From: Candidatus Binatia bacterium
Lineage (GTDB): Bacteria > Desulfobacterota > Binatia > Bin18
Direction of reading: 5' to 3'
Assembly: GCA_963666315.2 (NCBI GenBank)
Contig: CAXXHG010000005.1
Span: 1-64,000, forward strand
DNA: 64,000 nucleotides
Shown here one piece after another: positions 32,833 through 42,411 of the stretch. Position 1 is the stretch's first letter. Each line of letters opens with the position of its first letter. The notes under the pieces were generated by a model. The model made no database searches. It was given only the letters and a program-made list of their open reading frames with translations, and was not told the origin of the DNA. The translations under genes were made by a program, and so were the position numbers.

Positions 32833-33885
32833 ATGATCAAGGCCAAGCCTGAAATCGAGCAGCTTCAGTCCTATGTGGCGCCGCTTGAAGGCCGGCGGCC
32901 TATGCTGCGCCTGGACTTTAACGAGAATACGGTCGGCCCGAGCCCCAAAGTGGTTGAGGCGATTCGGAGTCTCCCGCCTCACGCGTATGCGACCTATCCG
33001 GAATACGCCGGGCTTAATGAGGCGTATGCGTCGGCTATCAATGTCCCGGAGCAGCATGTAGCAGCCTTCAATGGCGTAGACGCCGCGATTCACGCCGTCT
33101 TTGATGTGTATGGACAGCCGGGCTCCACCTTTCTGACAACGGCTCCGACATTTGGTTACTACAAACCCTGCGCTGTGCAGCATGGCATGCTGCAGGACGA
33201 AGTGCTGTATTTACCGGACCTGAGTTTCCCGATTCAGACGATCCGTGCACGTCTGAGCGCCACACCACGGCTGTTCTTCGTCTGCAACCCGAACAACCCG
33301 ACAGGGACATTGATCGAGCCACGGCTACTTTTAGACTTAGCGCGTGCTGCGCCCGATACGTTAGTAGTCGTTGATGAGTTATACGTCGCCTTTACGAGGA
33401 AATCGGTACTGCCGGCTGCGCTTGAGTTGCAGAACGTTGTCGTCCTGCAATCTCTGTCCAAGGCCGCGGGCATAGCGGCGCTGCGTCTGGGGTTTGCCAT
33501 TGGTCAGCCCGATGTGGTTGATCGTCTCAGCCGAGTGACCGGACCGTATGACATCAACGCGTTTGCGGTGACTGCCGGGAAAGCGGCTCTCGCTGATCTC
33601 GACTATGTGGAGGACTACGTTCAACAAGTCTACGCCGCCAAAGCGTGGACTGTCGAACAGCTGCAACGTTTAGAGGTGCGACACTTTGCGCAAGGCGGCA
33701 ACTATATGCTCGTTTGGCCTCCACGACCGTGTGAGCAGGTCGAGCAAGCCCTGCGTGAGAGAGGCATCCTTGTGCGGAATATGCAGGGCAAACCCGTGAT
33801 TGACGGCAGCTTTCGCCTCAGCATCGGCACGCTTGGACAAATGCAGCAATTTATGCAGGTGTTTGCTGAGGTGCTGGCGGGCTAG
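32833..33885 (+). CDS. hisC: Histidinol-phosphate aminotransferase
   Basis: LDFNEN, NGVD, CNPNNPTG, VDELY, SLSKAAGIAALRLG; alternative start at 32803. Confidence 0.85.
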   Translation: MIKAKPEIEQLQSYVAPLEGRRPMLRLDFNENTVGPSPKVVEAIRSLPPHAYATYPEYAGLNEAYASAINVPEQHVAAFNGVDAAIHAVFDVYGQPGSTFLTTAPTFGYYKPCAVQHGMLQDEVLYLPDLSFPIQTIRARLSATPRLFFVCNPNNPTGTLIEPRLLLDLARAAPDTLVVVDELYVAFTRKSVLPAALELQNVVVLQSLSKAAGIAALRLGFAIGQPDVVDRLSRVTGPYDINAFAVTAGKAALADLDYVEDYVQQVYAAKAWTVEQLQRLEVRHFAQGGNYMLVWPPRPCEQVEQALRERGILVRNMQGKPVIDGSFRLSIGTLGQMQQFMQVFAEVLAG

Positions 33886-33924
33886 CGTCTTCGCTGCAGC
33901 CCGCCATGTCTTGGAGGTCTTCGT

Positions 33925-34746
33925 TTAGATGCCTTCGCCGTTCTGATTAAAGCTGGCACTATATTCGCGCTCGAAGCTGCCACTCTCAATCGAACAGTGC
34001 ATGCCGCACTCTTTCATGGCTCCGTTTTCCCACCACCACCGACCTGCGCGAGGATCTTCACCATCTGTTGTTGGACGGGTACACGGGGTACAGCCGATGC
34101 TGGTATAGCCTTGGCTGTAAAATGGATGAGTGGGCAAGTCATACGTACGGACGTAGTCCCAGATTTGTGTTTCCGTCCAGTCGGCCAGCGGGTTGATCTT
34201 GATCAGTCCGCCATGATCGTGGTCGACCTCAATCTTCTGTGTCTCCGCGCGGGTGCTGGTCTGATCGCGTCGTAAGCCGGTTACCCACGCATCCAGCCCT
34301 TCTAAGACCCGGCGCAGGGGGAGGACTTTGCGGGTGTGGCAGCACAGCATGCGCAGATCGACATCCTGATAAAACAGATTCACGCCATGCTGGCGGACTA
34401 TGCTTTCGATTTGTGTTGCCTCAGGAAAGTAGACCTCAACATCAATGTGGTACTGCTCTCGAACTCGATCGAGCAGTTCATACGTTTCTTGCGGCAAACG
34501 TCCGGTGTCGATGGTAAACACGTGGACCGCCGGATCAATGCGCCACGCCATATCAAGAATGACCATGCCCGCGACCTGAAAACTCGTACATAAGGCCAGG
34601 CGGGATCCAAAACGCTCCAGGGCCCACTGCAGCACCTCCTGGGGTGAGCGGCTTTCATAGGCGCAGGCCAATTGCGCAATGTCCTGTTGATCCAGATCGA
34701 TAGGCGCCTGCATGGCGTGTATCTCCAGCTGCTGTGTTTTGTTCAT
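33925..34746 (-). CDS. cysH: Assimilatory APS reductase (4Fe-4S type)
   Basis: IDTGRL, CC..RK, WVTGLRRDQ, SIGCTPCT, RAGRWWWE, KECGMH. Confidence 0.93.
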   Translation of the reverse strand: MNKTQQLEIHAMQAPIDLDQQDIAQLACAYESRSPQEVLQWALERFGSRLALCTSFQVAGMVILDMAWRIDPAVHVFTIDTGRLPQETYELLDRVREQYHIDVEVYFPEATQIESIVRQHGVNLFYQDVDLRMLCCHTRKVLPLRRVLEGLDAWVTGLRRDQTSTRAETQKIEVDHDHGGLIKINPLADWTETQIWDYVRTYDLPTHPFYSQGYTSIGCTPCTRPTTDGEDPRAGRWWWENGAMKECGMHCSIESGSFEREYSASFNQNGEGI

Positions 34747-34791
34747 GATGTGTAGCGGTATTCAAGTCTGGGCGTGTGGATGAGACCGCCA

Positions 34792-36609
34792 CTAGGCCAT
34801 GCATTCACCCTCGCCGCGCTCCAGCTTGTAGACTTGGTTCTGGTTCCAATCGATGAATTCTTGCATATGCTGGTCGTCGAAGGTGACCGGTAAGGACAGG
34901 TCCTTGATCAGTGCCTCAAAAGACTCGACCCCGACCCGGTCGACAAAAGCATTAAAGGCCTCGTCCGTGTTACGCTGGGCCTGGTAGTGGCGAACAAACC
35001 GTTCGACGGCTTCCGGCACCCGCTTTGAAGGGACGCGCACGTTGAGGCGCTCGGCCATCCGAACGTGGCCGTCGTCATACTGGCCGCCCAGCATGACGAT
35101 ATATGCCGGGACCTGGCGCTTATCAAATTTCATGGCGGCACCGTAGAAGCCAATATTGGCAATATGATGACGCCCGCAGCCGTTCGGGCAGCCGCTCATC
35201 TTAATATGGATTTTCTTCGTAAGTGCGTCTTGAATGGACAGGTGTTCAACCCGCTCTTGGATGGCTTTGGCCAGGCCCATCGAATTCGTAATGCCCAACT
35301 TGCAACTGTCTGTACCAGGACAACTCACGACGTCGTTGATCTGCCGTGCGCCCGCATCGCTCAGCCCGATTTCTTTGAGCCGGGACCAGACATCATACAG
35401 ACTTTCATTGCGGACCCAGCGCAGCAGTACGTTTTGCTCGTCTGTAGTGCGTGCACTCCCGCCTGTAAAGTCGCGCATGATTTGGGCTAAGCCTCGCAAC
35501 TGTTCTGTGCTGAGGTCGCCACGAGACACTTTCACCTCAGCCGTCGAAAACCCGTCCTGACGCTGTGGCTGGACGTTGGCCGCGGCCCAGGTGCTAAACT
35601 CTTGGTGGTCGCCGTTCGGACTGCCTGGATTGAGTGGTTTGGGTGGCGCATGTTCTTCCTCGTTGTCAATAAATTTGATCTGCTCAGGATCGAAATTCCG
35701 CCCCTTTATCCAATCACCCTGCATCTCTGCATCCACGAGTTCGCGAAACGCCTCCAGGCCGATCCGATCAATAAAAAACTTAATGCGAGCCCGGGCGCGA
35801 TTTTTTCGTAATTCGTCTTGGCGGTCAAAAATGCGAATTACGGCTTCCACGACTTTAAGGTATTCGTTGACAGAAACAAAGTCGTACAACACCCGACCCA
35901 CGCGGGGAAGGATAGACGTGCCGCCGCCAGTATAGATTTCGAATCCTTTTTGTTCGTTTTGTATGCGAGGGATAAAACCGAGATCGTGAATGCCGGTCAC
36001 TGCCCGATCTTCATCCGTGCTGGAAAATGCCAACTTAAATTTTCGGGGCAAAGACTGGATGAGCTTGGTGCGCACAAAATAGCGCACCACCGCGCCCACA
36101 TATGGAGTGGGATCAAACGCCTCGTCCGGATCGACTCCGGCAAAAGGGTCGCAGGTGACATTGCGAACCGTATTGCCGCACGCTTCTCGGGAAGACAGAC
36201 CCGAGTCGCCGAGAACGCGCAGCGCTTCGGCTGCTTCGAGCAGTGGAATGAAATGAAACTGCACGTTCTGGCGCGTCGTAATATGTCCCTTTTTGAGCGG
36301 GGCATATTTTTCTGCTATTTCAGCAAAGGTGTCGAACTGGTCAGGCGTGATACCGCCGAACGGCAGCTTGACCCGAATCATTTGTACGTCAGGCTGACGC
36401 TGGCCGTACACGCCCTGCAGCAAGCGGTAGCCCATAAATTCCTGCGGGCTGGCGTCGCCTTTCAGGAATCTCTGCGCTTCGTTATCAAAATCGTTGAATT
36501 CGTGTTCAAGTATGGGGATGACGCGACCTGGGACATTTGAATGGAGTTCGGGATTATCCAGTGATCCCACCCGTCCATTGCCTTTATTCGCCGTTGTGGC
36601 TGATTCCAT
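34792..36609 (-). CDS. Siroheme nitrite/sulfite reductase (ferredoxin type)
   Basis: GVYGQRQ, HITTRQNVQ, ACGNTVRN, LPRKFK, SCPGTDSC...SGCPNGCG; AGGAGG RBS; upstream of cysH. Confidence 0.92.
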   Translation of the reverse strand: MESATTANKGNGRVGSLDNPELHSNVPGRVIPILEHEFNDFDNEAQRFLKGDASPQEFMGYRLLQGVYGQRQPDVQMIRVKLPFGGITPDQFDTFAEIAEKYAPLKKGHITTRQNVQFHFIPLLEAAEALRVLGDSGLSSREACGNTVRNVTCDPFAGVDPDEAFDPTPYVGAVVRYFVRTKLIQSLPRKFKLAFSSTDEDRAVTGIHDLGFIPRIQNEQKGFEIYTGGGTSILPRVGRVLYDFVSVNEYLKVVEAVIRIFDRQDELRKNRARARIKFFIDRIGLEAFRELVDAEMQGDWIKGRNFDPEQIKFIDNEEEHAPPKPLNPGSPNGDHQEFSTWAAANVQPQRQDGFSTAEVKVSRGDLSTEQLRGLAQIMRDFTGGSARTTDEQNVLLRWVRNESLYDVWSRLKEIGLSDAGARQINDVVSCPGTDSCKLGITNSMGLAKAIQERVEHLSIQDALTKKIHIKMSGCPNGCGRHHIANIGFYGAAMKFDKRQVPAYIVMLGGQYDDGHVRMAERLNVRVPSKRVPEAVERFVRHYQAQRNTDEAFNAFVDRVGVESFEALIKDLSLPVTFDDQHMQEFIDWNQNQVYKLERGEGECMA

Positions 36610-36797
36610 GTCCAGACCTCCTGACACCCGACTAGTAAGGGTACGTATGATTAATAACGACTAAATCTATAGACATCACTATCTTACTATGTATTTATGG
36701 TCTTTTCTGAGGTAGTGTCAAGGGCTAATTCTTTGATATTGGCAAATGAGGGAGGATTGACGAGCAGGCATATTATCTACTAAATAAGTAGTGATTT

Positions 36798-37262
36798 ATG
36801 AAACTGTCGAAAAAAAGTGAATATGCGCTGAAGGCGCTGAGTTGTCTGGGGGCGCCTGGGGCACCTGAGGTGCTAGCGATCCAAGAAATTGCTCGCCGCG
36901 AACACATTCCCAAGAAATTTTTGGAGCAAGTGCTTCTGGCACTCAAGCGGGCGGGTATTGTGCAGAGCACTCGGGGAAAAGCGGGCGGGTATACTTTGTG
37001 TAGCGATCCGGAGACGATCACCCTACGCGAGGTGGTGTGGGCGGTAGACGGTCCACTTGCTCCTCTCCCTTGCGTGTCCGACACCAACCCGAGGAAGTGT
37101 GCCGACTGTGTGAGCTTCGAACACTGTTGGCTACGGGAGGTGATGTTAGAAGTGGGTGAGTCGATTGCCGCCGCCTTTGCTCAGGTGAGTTTGGCCGAGG
37201 TGTGCAGGCGTGCGGAAGAAAGCCGACGGCGCGGATCGCACGTGGCTATGTATGACATCTAG
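36798..37262 (+). CDS. Rrf2-family transcriptional regulator (CymR/IscR-like)
   Basis: KKSEYAL, IPKKFLEQ, STRGKAGGY, GPLAPLPC plus three more Cys; divergent from the sulfite reductase. Confidence 0.92.
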   Translation: MKLSKKSEYALKALSCLGAPGAPEVLAIQEIARREHIPKKFLEQVLLALKRAGIVQSTRGKAGGYTLCSDPETITLREVVWAVDGPLAPLPCVSDTNPRKCADCVSFEHCWLREVMLEVGESIAAAFAQVSLAEVCRRAEESRRRGSHVAMYDI

Positions 37263-37330
37263 TTTCGTTCTGCTGCCAAGAGAGCCAAGGGAGCTGTGCT
37301 TTTATGAAGAATCAAGCGGGGAAATAAGAC

Positions 37331-37359
37331 TTGACGTAGACACTCAGCTTTTCTAAGGT
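37331..37359 (+). promoter_or_regulatory. Putative sigma-70 promoter of the GST gene
   Basis: TTGACG-N17-TAAGGT. Confidence 0.5.
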
Positions 37360-37402
37360 CAGAACACACAAGCCGCGTATACGACCGGGAGAGGAGCCGT
37401 CG

Positions 37403-38026
37403 ATGAGCATCAAGAGAAAGTTGTTTGACTATCTGCCTTGACCGTTTGCTATGAGAACGAGGATCGTTCTCAAAGAAAAAGATCTGGACTTTGATCGCAT
37501 CTTGGTGGATCTGCCGAGCAAAGAACAGAAAGAGCCCTGGTTCCTGGCCATTAATCCGTACGGTAAAGTGCCCGTGCTCGTCGAGGAGGGAGCCTGGATC
37601 TACGAGTCGGCCATTTGTAATGAGTATCTGGAAGACAAATATCCAACGCCGTCTTTGTCGCCGTCTGAGCCCAGTGCAAAGGCTGAGATGCGGTTGCTTA
37701 TTGAAATGTGTAACAGCCGGTTCGTACCGCCCGTGATTCGTTTGCTCTACACCAGCCGTAAGCCCAACGCTGAACAAGATCCGGAGCGCATCGCGCAGAA
37801 TAAAGACCAACTCAGCGAACTCTTCCCCCAGTTGGAGGAGCAACTCCAAGACCAGGACTACCTCATGGGGGAGTATAGCCTGGCGGATTTGACGTTTACG
37901 CCGTTTCTCGGTTTGTGTGACAAGGTCAGTGTTGACTTGAGTCCCTTTCCAAAAGTTTCAGCCTGGGCCGAACGGCTCAAAAACCGGCCCAGCTATGAAG
38001 AGGTCAGGATTGGGCTGACGGGTTAG
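37403..38026 (+). CDS. Glutathione S-transferase, probable selenoprotein (UGA13 = Sec), 207 aa
   Basis: GAGGAG RBS, ATG 37403, MSIKRKLFDYLP-TGA-PFAMRTRIVL in frame with INPYGKVPVL and YESAIC; TGA 37439-37441 falls at the C/S-P-F catalytic position. Confidence 0.88.
37452..37472 (+). promoter_or_regulatory. Bacterial SECIS-like hairpin
   Basis: Perfect stem TGAGAACGA/TCGTTCTCA with a GGA loop, starting 10 nt after the UGA. Confidence 0.8.
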
Positions 38027-38081
38027 CGACACGTTTTCATACTCGTATCTCCTCAATAATATGAGACCAGGACGAGACCAG

Positions 38082-38114
38082 TGGGGGCGGTTCATAAACC
38101 GCCCCTATTTTTTT
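38082..38114 (+). terminator. Intrinsic terminator (REP-like stem)
   Basis: GGGGCGGTT-CATA-AACCGCCCC followed by a T7 tract. Confidence 0.8.
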
Positions 38115-38206
38115 GTGAGAATCTTTTCAAGCTGGACTAGATTTTCCCCGCTCCCTAGTTGATAGTAAGCCGTCGAGGCTCAGAATACATGAGGAAGCAC
38201 GCAGGT

Positions 38207-39796
38207 ATGAGTATCGATAGGCGTTTTGTTGTCGTGCTCCTCTCCCTGGCTTTGCTCTTGGGCTCTTCACCCGCATTCGCCCAACCTGCGAAAGTCTTTG
38301 TCAACTCGGCCGTGCTGGCTATCGGCGACCGGCCGGTGCTACTTGATCTCAAAAGCCAGCGTATTGTCAGCCACGGCGAAAACTTTGAACCCGACCAGAG
38401 TCTGCGACCGGGGGCTGAACCGCGTAAGGTTTCCTCGTTTCGGTGTGTACTACTGCGTGACCTGGAGAACGGCCGGCTGCGCTATGAATGGGAGCGTGAG
38501 ATCGAGTATCCCTTCCGTGAAACGTGGCGATACACTGAGGTGATAAGCGGCCTGGATGGCGTCGTGCTCGGACAGGATGGCTTCCACAGTCCGGTCCGAC
38601 GGGCGATGTCTGCTGCCCGTATTGCCGCACGCCAAAAAGAACTGCGTCGTTCGCCGGTGTCGGTGCTCATTCATGCCTTGAGTCGCTCGGGGTCCTTTTT
38701 GCGCTTGATGGATCAAACCATACACGGTCGTCGCCAGGTCGTGGTTTCGTTTGATGACAACGGCCAGCTCGTGCTGTTAGCCATTGATGCCGAAACTCGA
38801 CTGCTCACCAAAGTCGTGTTTATCGAAGATGACCCTCTACACGGGGATGTGCAGAATGAGGTGTTTTATGCCGGTTGGCGCCAGGTCGGAAAACTCAAGC
38901 TGCCGTTTGAACTGACGTATCGCGTCCACGGCCAGACCGTCATGGTCGAGCATATCGAGGTCATTCAGAATGACCTCGATCTCTTTGAGGTTGATTTCGT
39001 CATCCCGGAAGAGATTCCGCAGCCTGAGGAGTGGGACGGTGAGCGCGGGGAGCGAAGTTCGCACTGGGTACACCGGCAGGTGGCGCAGGGACGGAGCGTC
39101 GATGCACCCCAGACCAGGATTGTCCTCCAGCAACTCGTACCTGGTGTCATGCATATTACTGGAGGTAGCCTCCAGAGTCTCGCCATTGAGATGGACGATC
39201 ATCTGATCGTGGTAGAAGCGCCACTCGACGACGCACATTCTCTTGCCGTATTAGATGTCCTGGGACAGAGATTTCCGACCAAGCCGGTCCGGGTTGTGGT
39301 CAACACCCATTTTCATACTAGCCATGCTGGCGGGTTACGAACGTATGTCGCCGCTGATGCGGTGGTTGTCACCAGCGCGCTGAACGTTGAACTGTTCCAA
39401 GATGCCTTTCGCGCCCTGCATACCCAAGTCCCGGATACCTTACATCGCGACCCCAAAATCGCAATCATCGAGTCCGTTAGCGCTGAACGTAAATTCCTCG
39501 TTGGGGCCAACCGAGTGGTAGTCGTCTATCCCATTGAGACCCCGCGTGTGGACGGCATGCTGGTCGTGCATCTCCCGGAGGAGCGACTCCTTTATGTAGC
39601 GGACCTGTTTACGCCGGGTGCGGTCCGGCAGGTCTCGGCCTGGTGCCGCGAACTGCTCGACGCCATTGAGCGCTATGGCCTCGCGGTTGACATTATTGTC
39701 GGCAGTCAGGGGGGCGTGGGAACTCTTGATGAGTTGCGTCGCGTCGTCCACGGCGAAGACGTGCAAGAGAAGCTGGCAGTCGAGCAGATGCGTTAA
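38207..39796 (+). CDS. Secreted protein with C-terminal MBL fold and degenerate metal site
   Basis: Signal peptide (..SPAFA), VVEAP, VNTHFHTSHAGG, YVADLF; start may be 38189. Confidence 0.8.
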   Translation: MSIDRRFVVVLLSLALLLGSSPAFAQPAKVFVNSAVLAIGDRPVLLDLKSQRIVSHGENFEPDQSLRPGAEPRKVSSFRCVLLRDLENGRLRYEWEREIEYPFRETWRYTEVISGLDGVVLGQDGFHSPVRRAMSAARIAARQKELRRSPVSVLIHALSRSGSFLRLMDQTIHGRRQVVVSFDDNGQLVLLAIDAETRLLTKVVFIEDDPLHGDVQNEVFYAGWRQVGKLKLPFELTYRVHGQTVMVEHIEVIQNDLDLFEVDFVIPEEIPQPEEWDGERGERSSHWVHRQVAQGRSVDAPQTRIVLQQLVPGVMHITGGSLQSLAIEMDDHLIVVEAPLDDAHSLAVLDVLGQRFPTKPVRVVVNTHFHTSHAGGLRTYVAADAVVVTSALNVELFQDAFRALHTQVPDTLHRDPKIAIIESVSAERKFLVGANRVVVVYPIETPRVDGMLVVHLPEERLLYVADLFTPGAVRQVSAWCRELLDAIERYGLAVDIIVGSQGGVGTLDELRRVVHGEDVQEKLAVEQMR

Positions 39797-39813
39797 AGAA
39801 GCGTTGAGCAAGC

Positions 39814-40338
39814 ATGCGAGTTGAGAAAAACTGCTCTACTGATGATGAATCTTGCGATGCATCTTGGATGCGTGCCGCCCTTGCCGAAGCTGAGCGGGCG
39901 GAAGCGGCCGATGAGGTGCCGGTCGGCGCGGTTGTGGTGAGCGGTGCACGTATCGTTGGCAGAGGACACAATGCTCCGCTCTCCTCAAATGATCCGACTG
40001 CTCATGCCGAAGTCCTGGCTTTACGCCAAGCGGCTGGTGAGATGCGGAATTACCGTTTAGTGGATACAACGCTTTACACGACTGTGGAACCGTGTCTGAT
40101 GTGTATGGGCGCGATGCTACATGCTCGGGTGAAGCGATTGGTCTTTGGTTGCTTTGATCCCAAAGCTGGGGCAGCTGGATCCCTGTACAATGTACCAATG
40201 GATACGCGCTTGAATCATCGCCCGGAAGTGACGAGTGGGATAGGTGCAGAAGACAGTCGGACGCTCTTACAACGCTTTTTCCGAACCAAGCGCCAGCGTG
40301 AGCGTCATCTTTGCGCCCCTATAGGAAATCCCCTATAG
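39814..40338 (+). CDS. tadA: tRNA adenosine(34) deaminase
   Basis: EVPVGAV, DPTAHAE, EPCLMC, DPKAGA, LNH. Confidence 0.95.
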   Translation: MRVEKNCSTDDESCDASWMRAALAEAERAEAADEVPVGAVVVSGARIVGRGHNAPLSSNDPTAHAEVLALRQAAGEMRNYRLVDTTLYTTVEPCLMCMGAMLHARVKRLVFGCFDPKAGAAGSLYNVPMDTRLNHRPEVTSGIGAEDSRTLLQRFFRTKRQRERHLCAPIGNPL

Positions 40339-40352
40339 TAAGTGACAAGCCC

Positions 40353-40442
40353 GGAGAGGTGGCAGAGTCCGGTCGATCGCGCACGACTCGAAATCGTGTA
40401 TACTTTCGGGTATCGGGGGTTCGAATCCCCCCCTCTCCGCCA
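40353..40442 (+). tRNA. tRNA-Ser(CGA)
   Basis: Acceptor stem GGAGAGG/CCTCTCC, anticodon arm CACGA-CTCGAAA-TCGTG, long variable arm, TTCGAAT T-loop, encoded CCA. Confidence 0.97.
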
Positions 40443-40535
40443 GGTGGTTTCCCCGGAAGCTGGGAACGTTACTCCGCTTCTGACAGTTGATACAAGACAA
40501 GAGCGACCGCATTACATAAGACAGGCGGACTTATT

Positions 40536-41821
40536 ATGGACATTGGACTTGGTATTGCACTCCTGGCAGGTTTTCTGTCTTTCGCCTCGCCGTGTGTCCT
40601 GCCTATCGTACCTGGTTATTTGACCTTTATTACTGGCATGAGCTTCGAAGAGCTGACCGAACGACAACGTCCGTCCCATGTGGTGACGAGTGCGGTGATC
40701 AAAAGCCTGCCCTTTGTCTGCGGCTTTTCCCTCGTCTTTATTTCCCTGGGTGCCTCGGCTTCCGCGGTGAGTGTGCTGCTGCGGTCCAATCTTGGACTGC
40801 TCAAAGGTGTTGCCGGATTTGGGATCATGGTCCTCGGCTTCCACCTGGCGGGTCTGTTACCTATCCCCGCCTTGCTCCGTGAGCGGCGCTTCTCAAAGGA
40901 ACCGACAGAAACCGGGCATGCTGCGTGCCTTTGTCGCTGGCGTCTTTTTTGCTTTTGGGTGGACGCCGTGTGTGGGCCCTATTTTGGCCGGTATTCTGGC
41001 GATTGCGGCCACTACCCAGACGCTAGGCCAGGGTGTTTCTGTTGTTGGCGGTCTATTCCGTGGGACTCGGCATCCCTTTTGTTTTGTCTGCGGCCTTTTT
41101 GAACAGTTTTCTGTCCCTGTTTAAAGGCATAAAAAGCCATTTGCGGCAAATGGAAGTCGCCGCAGGTATGTTACTCGTCTTGGTCGGCTTGCTGATTTTC
41201 ACAGATAAAATGGGCTGGGTGTCGTCCCGGTTGACGTTTCTGAACCCAGAGGCGCTCTTAGTCAGTGATTTTCAGGAAACAGGCGTTCAGCCTGTTATTG
41301 CTGCAGAAGCGAGGCCGGTGAGCAGTACCTATGGCGACTACGATTTTACCCTCACCACAGTCGATGGTGACACCGTGAGCTTGTCTGACTATGAGGGGCA
41401 GGTCGTGCTGGTAAACTTTTGGGCCACTTGGTGCGGTCCGTGTGTGGTTGAAACACCGGCCTTGGTCCGCATGTATCATAAATACAAACGTCAAGGGTTT
41501 GCTGTCATAGGCGTCGCCCTGCAGAGTGAGGATGTCGGAGTGCAGGACTTTGTTCGTAAGTATAACATCCCGTATGCAATTGGACGAGATTCGTCCGACG
41601 AGATCGGCCTGCGCTATGGGGTGTTTGCCTTGCCGAGTAGCTTTTTGTTTTCTCTGGACGGAAAAGTGCAACGTGCGTTTACCGGCTACGTGGCTGAAAA
41701 CGTACTGGACAACGAGCTCCAGAAGATATTAGGATCGACGTCTGCGCCTCAGACTACGCCTCAAATCGAAGCGATCTTATACCAGGGGGGCGTGTCAGAA
41801 TCGAAAACTGCTAGCGAATGA
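40536..41821 (+). pseudogene. ccdA: CcdA/DsbD-TM plus TlpA thioredoxin fusion with two +1 frameshifts
   Basis: SPCVLP (frame 40536), GWTPCVGPIL (frame 40771), YSVGLGIPF...NFWATWCGPC (frame 41033); shifts near 40910 and 41038. Confidence 0.8.
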
Positions 41822-41975
41822 TGCCAGCGGATATGCCTGCTTCGGGGTGCCTTGGGCACGGCGCGTTCGCTAAGACTGAGGCCGGCCACACAGAGACTTC
41901 TCATACACGCTCTCGGCTGATTCAGGCCCGCCCGCGCTGTTTTTGCCTACGCTGCCGTGCTATCCCCAATGCGCA

Positions 41976-42410
41976 ATGGCTCGCGACAATTTTTCAGCTC
42001 AAGGTGGTTTGCGGTATGCGGTTGCCTTCCTGGCAAGCGACTCGTGTACCGTTGAGCTGCGTGCAGGACAGTACGAATGGACGCTTGATGAACCCCGAGA
42101 ACTTGGCGGGAATGGGGCTGCTCCTGATCCGATCACGGCTTTTTTGGGCAGTTTATGTGGCTGTTTACTCATGTCTCTTGAGATCACAGCTAGTGCCCGA
42201 AAAGTGCCGCTTGACGATGTGTCTGTCTCAGCCAAGTCTAATATAAAAGGCTTCGTCAAGACGATAGACGTTGACCTGACTGTCCGGAGCGCTGCCCCTG
42301 AGGAGACCGTCCTGACACTGGTCGCCCGAGCGGAAAAGGGTTGTTACGTTCGGGGACTGCTGAAAGACAGTATTACCTATTCTCTGAACGTAACCGTCCT
42401 GCCAACGTGA
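41976..42410 (+). CDS. OsmC/Ohr-family protein
   Basis: LDEPRELGG..APDP, LGSLCGC, AEKGCYV. Confidence 0.85.
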   Translation: MARDNFSAQGGLRYAVAFLASDSCTVELRAGQYEWTLDEPRELGGNGAAPDPITAFLGSLCGCLLMSLEITASARKVPLDDVSVSAKSNIKGFVKTIDVDLTVRSAAPEETVLTLVARAEKGCYVRGLLKDSITYSLNVTVLPT

Positions 42411-42411
42411 C

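Noticed and set aside
41818-41975. Possible Sec-containing N-terminal extension of the OsmC-family gene
   Set aside because: The nearby TGA (41918) is out of frame, and both OsmC cysteines are normal Cys codons; msrB and tlpA also use Cys
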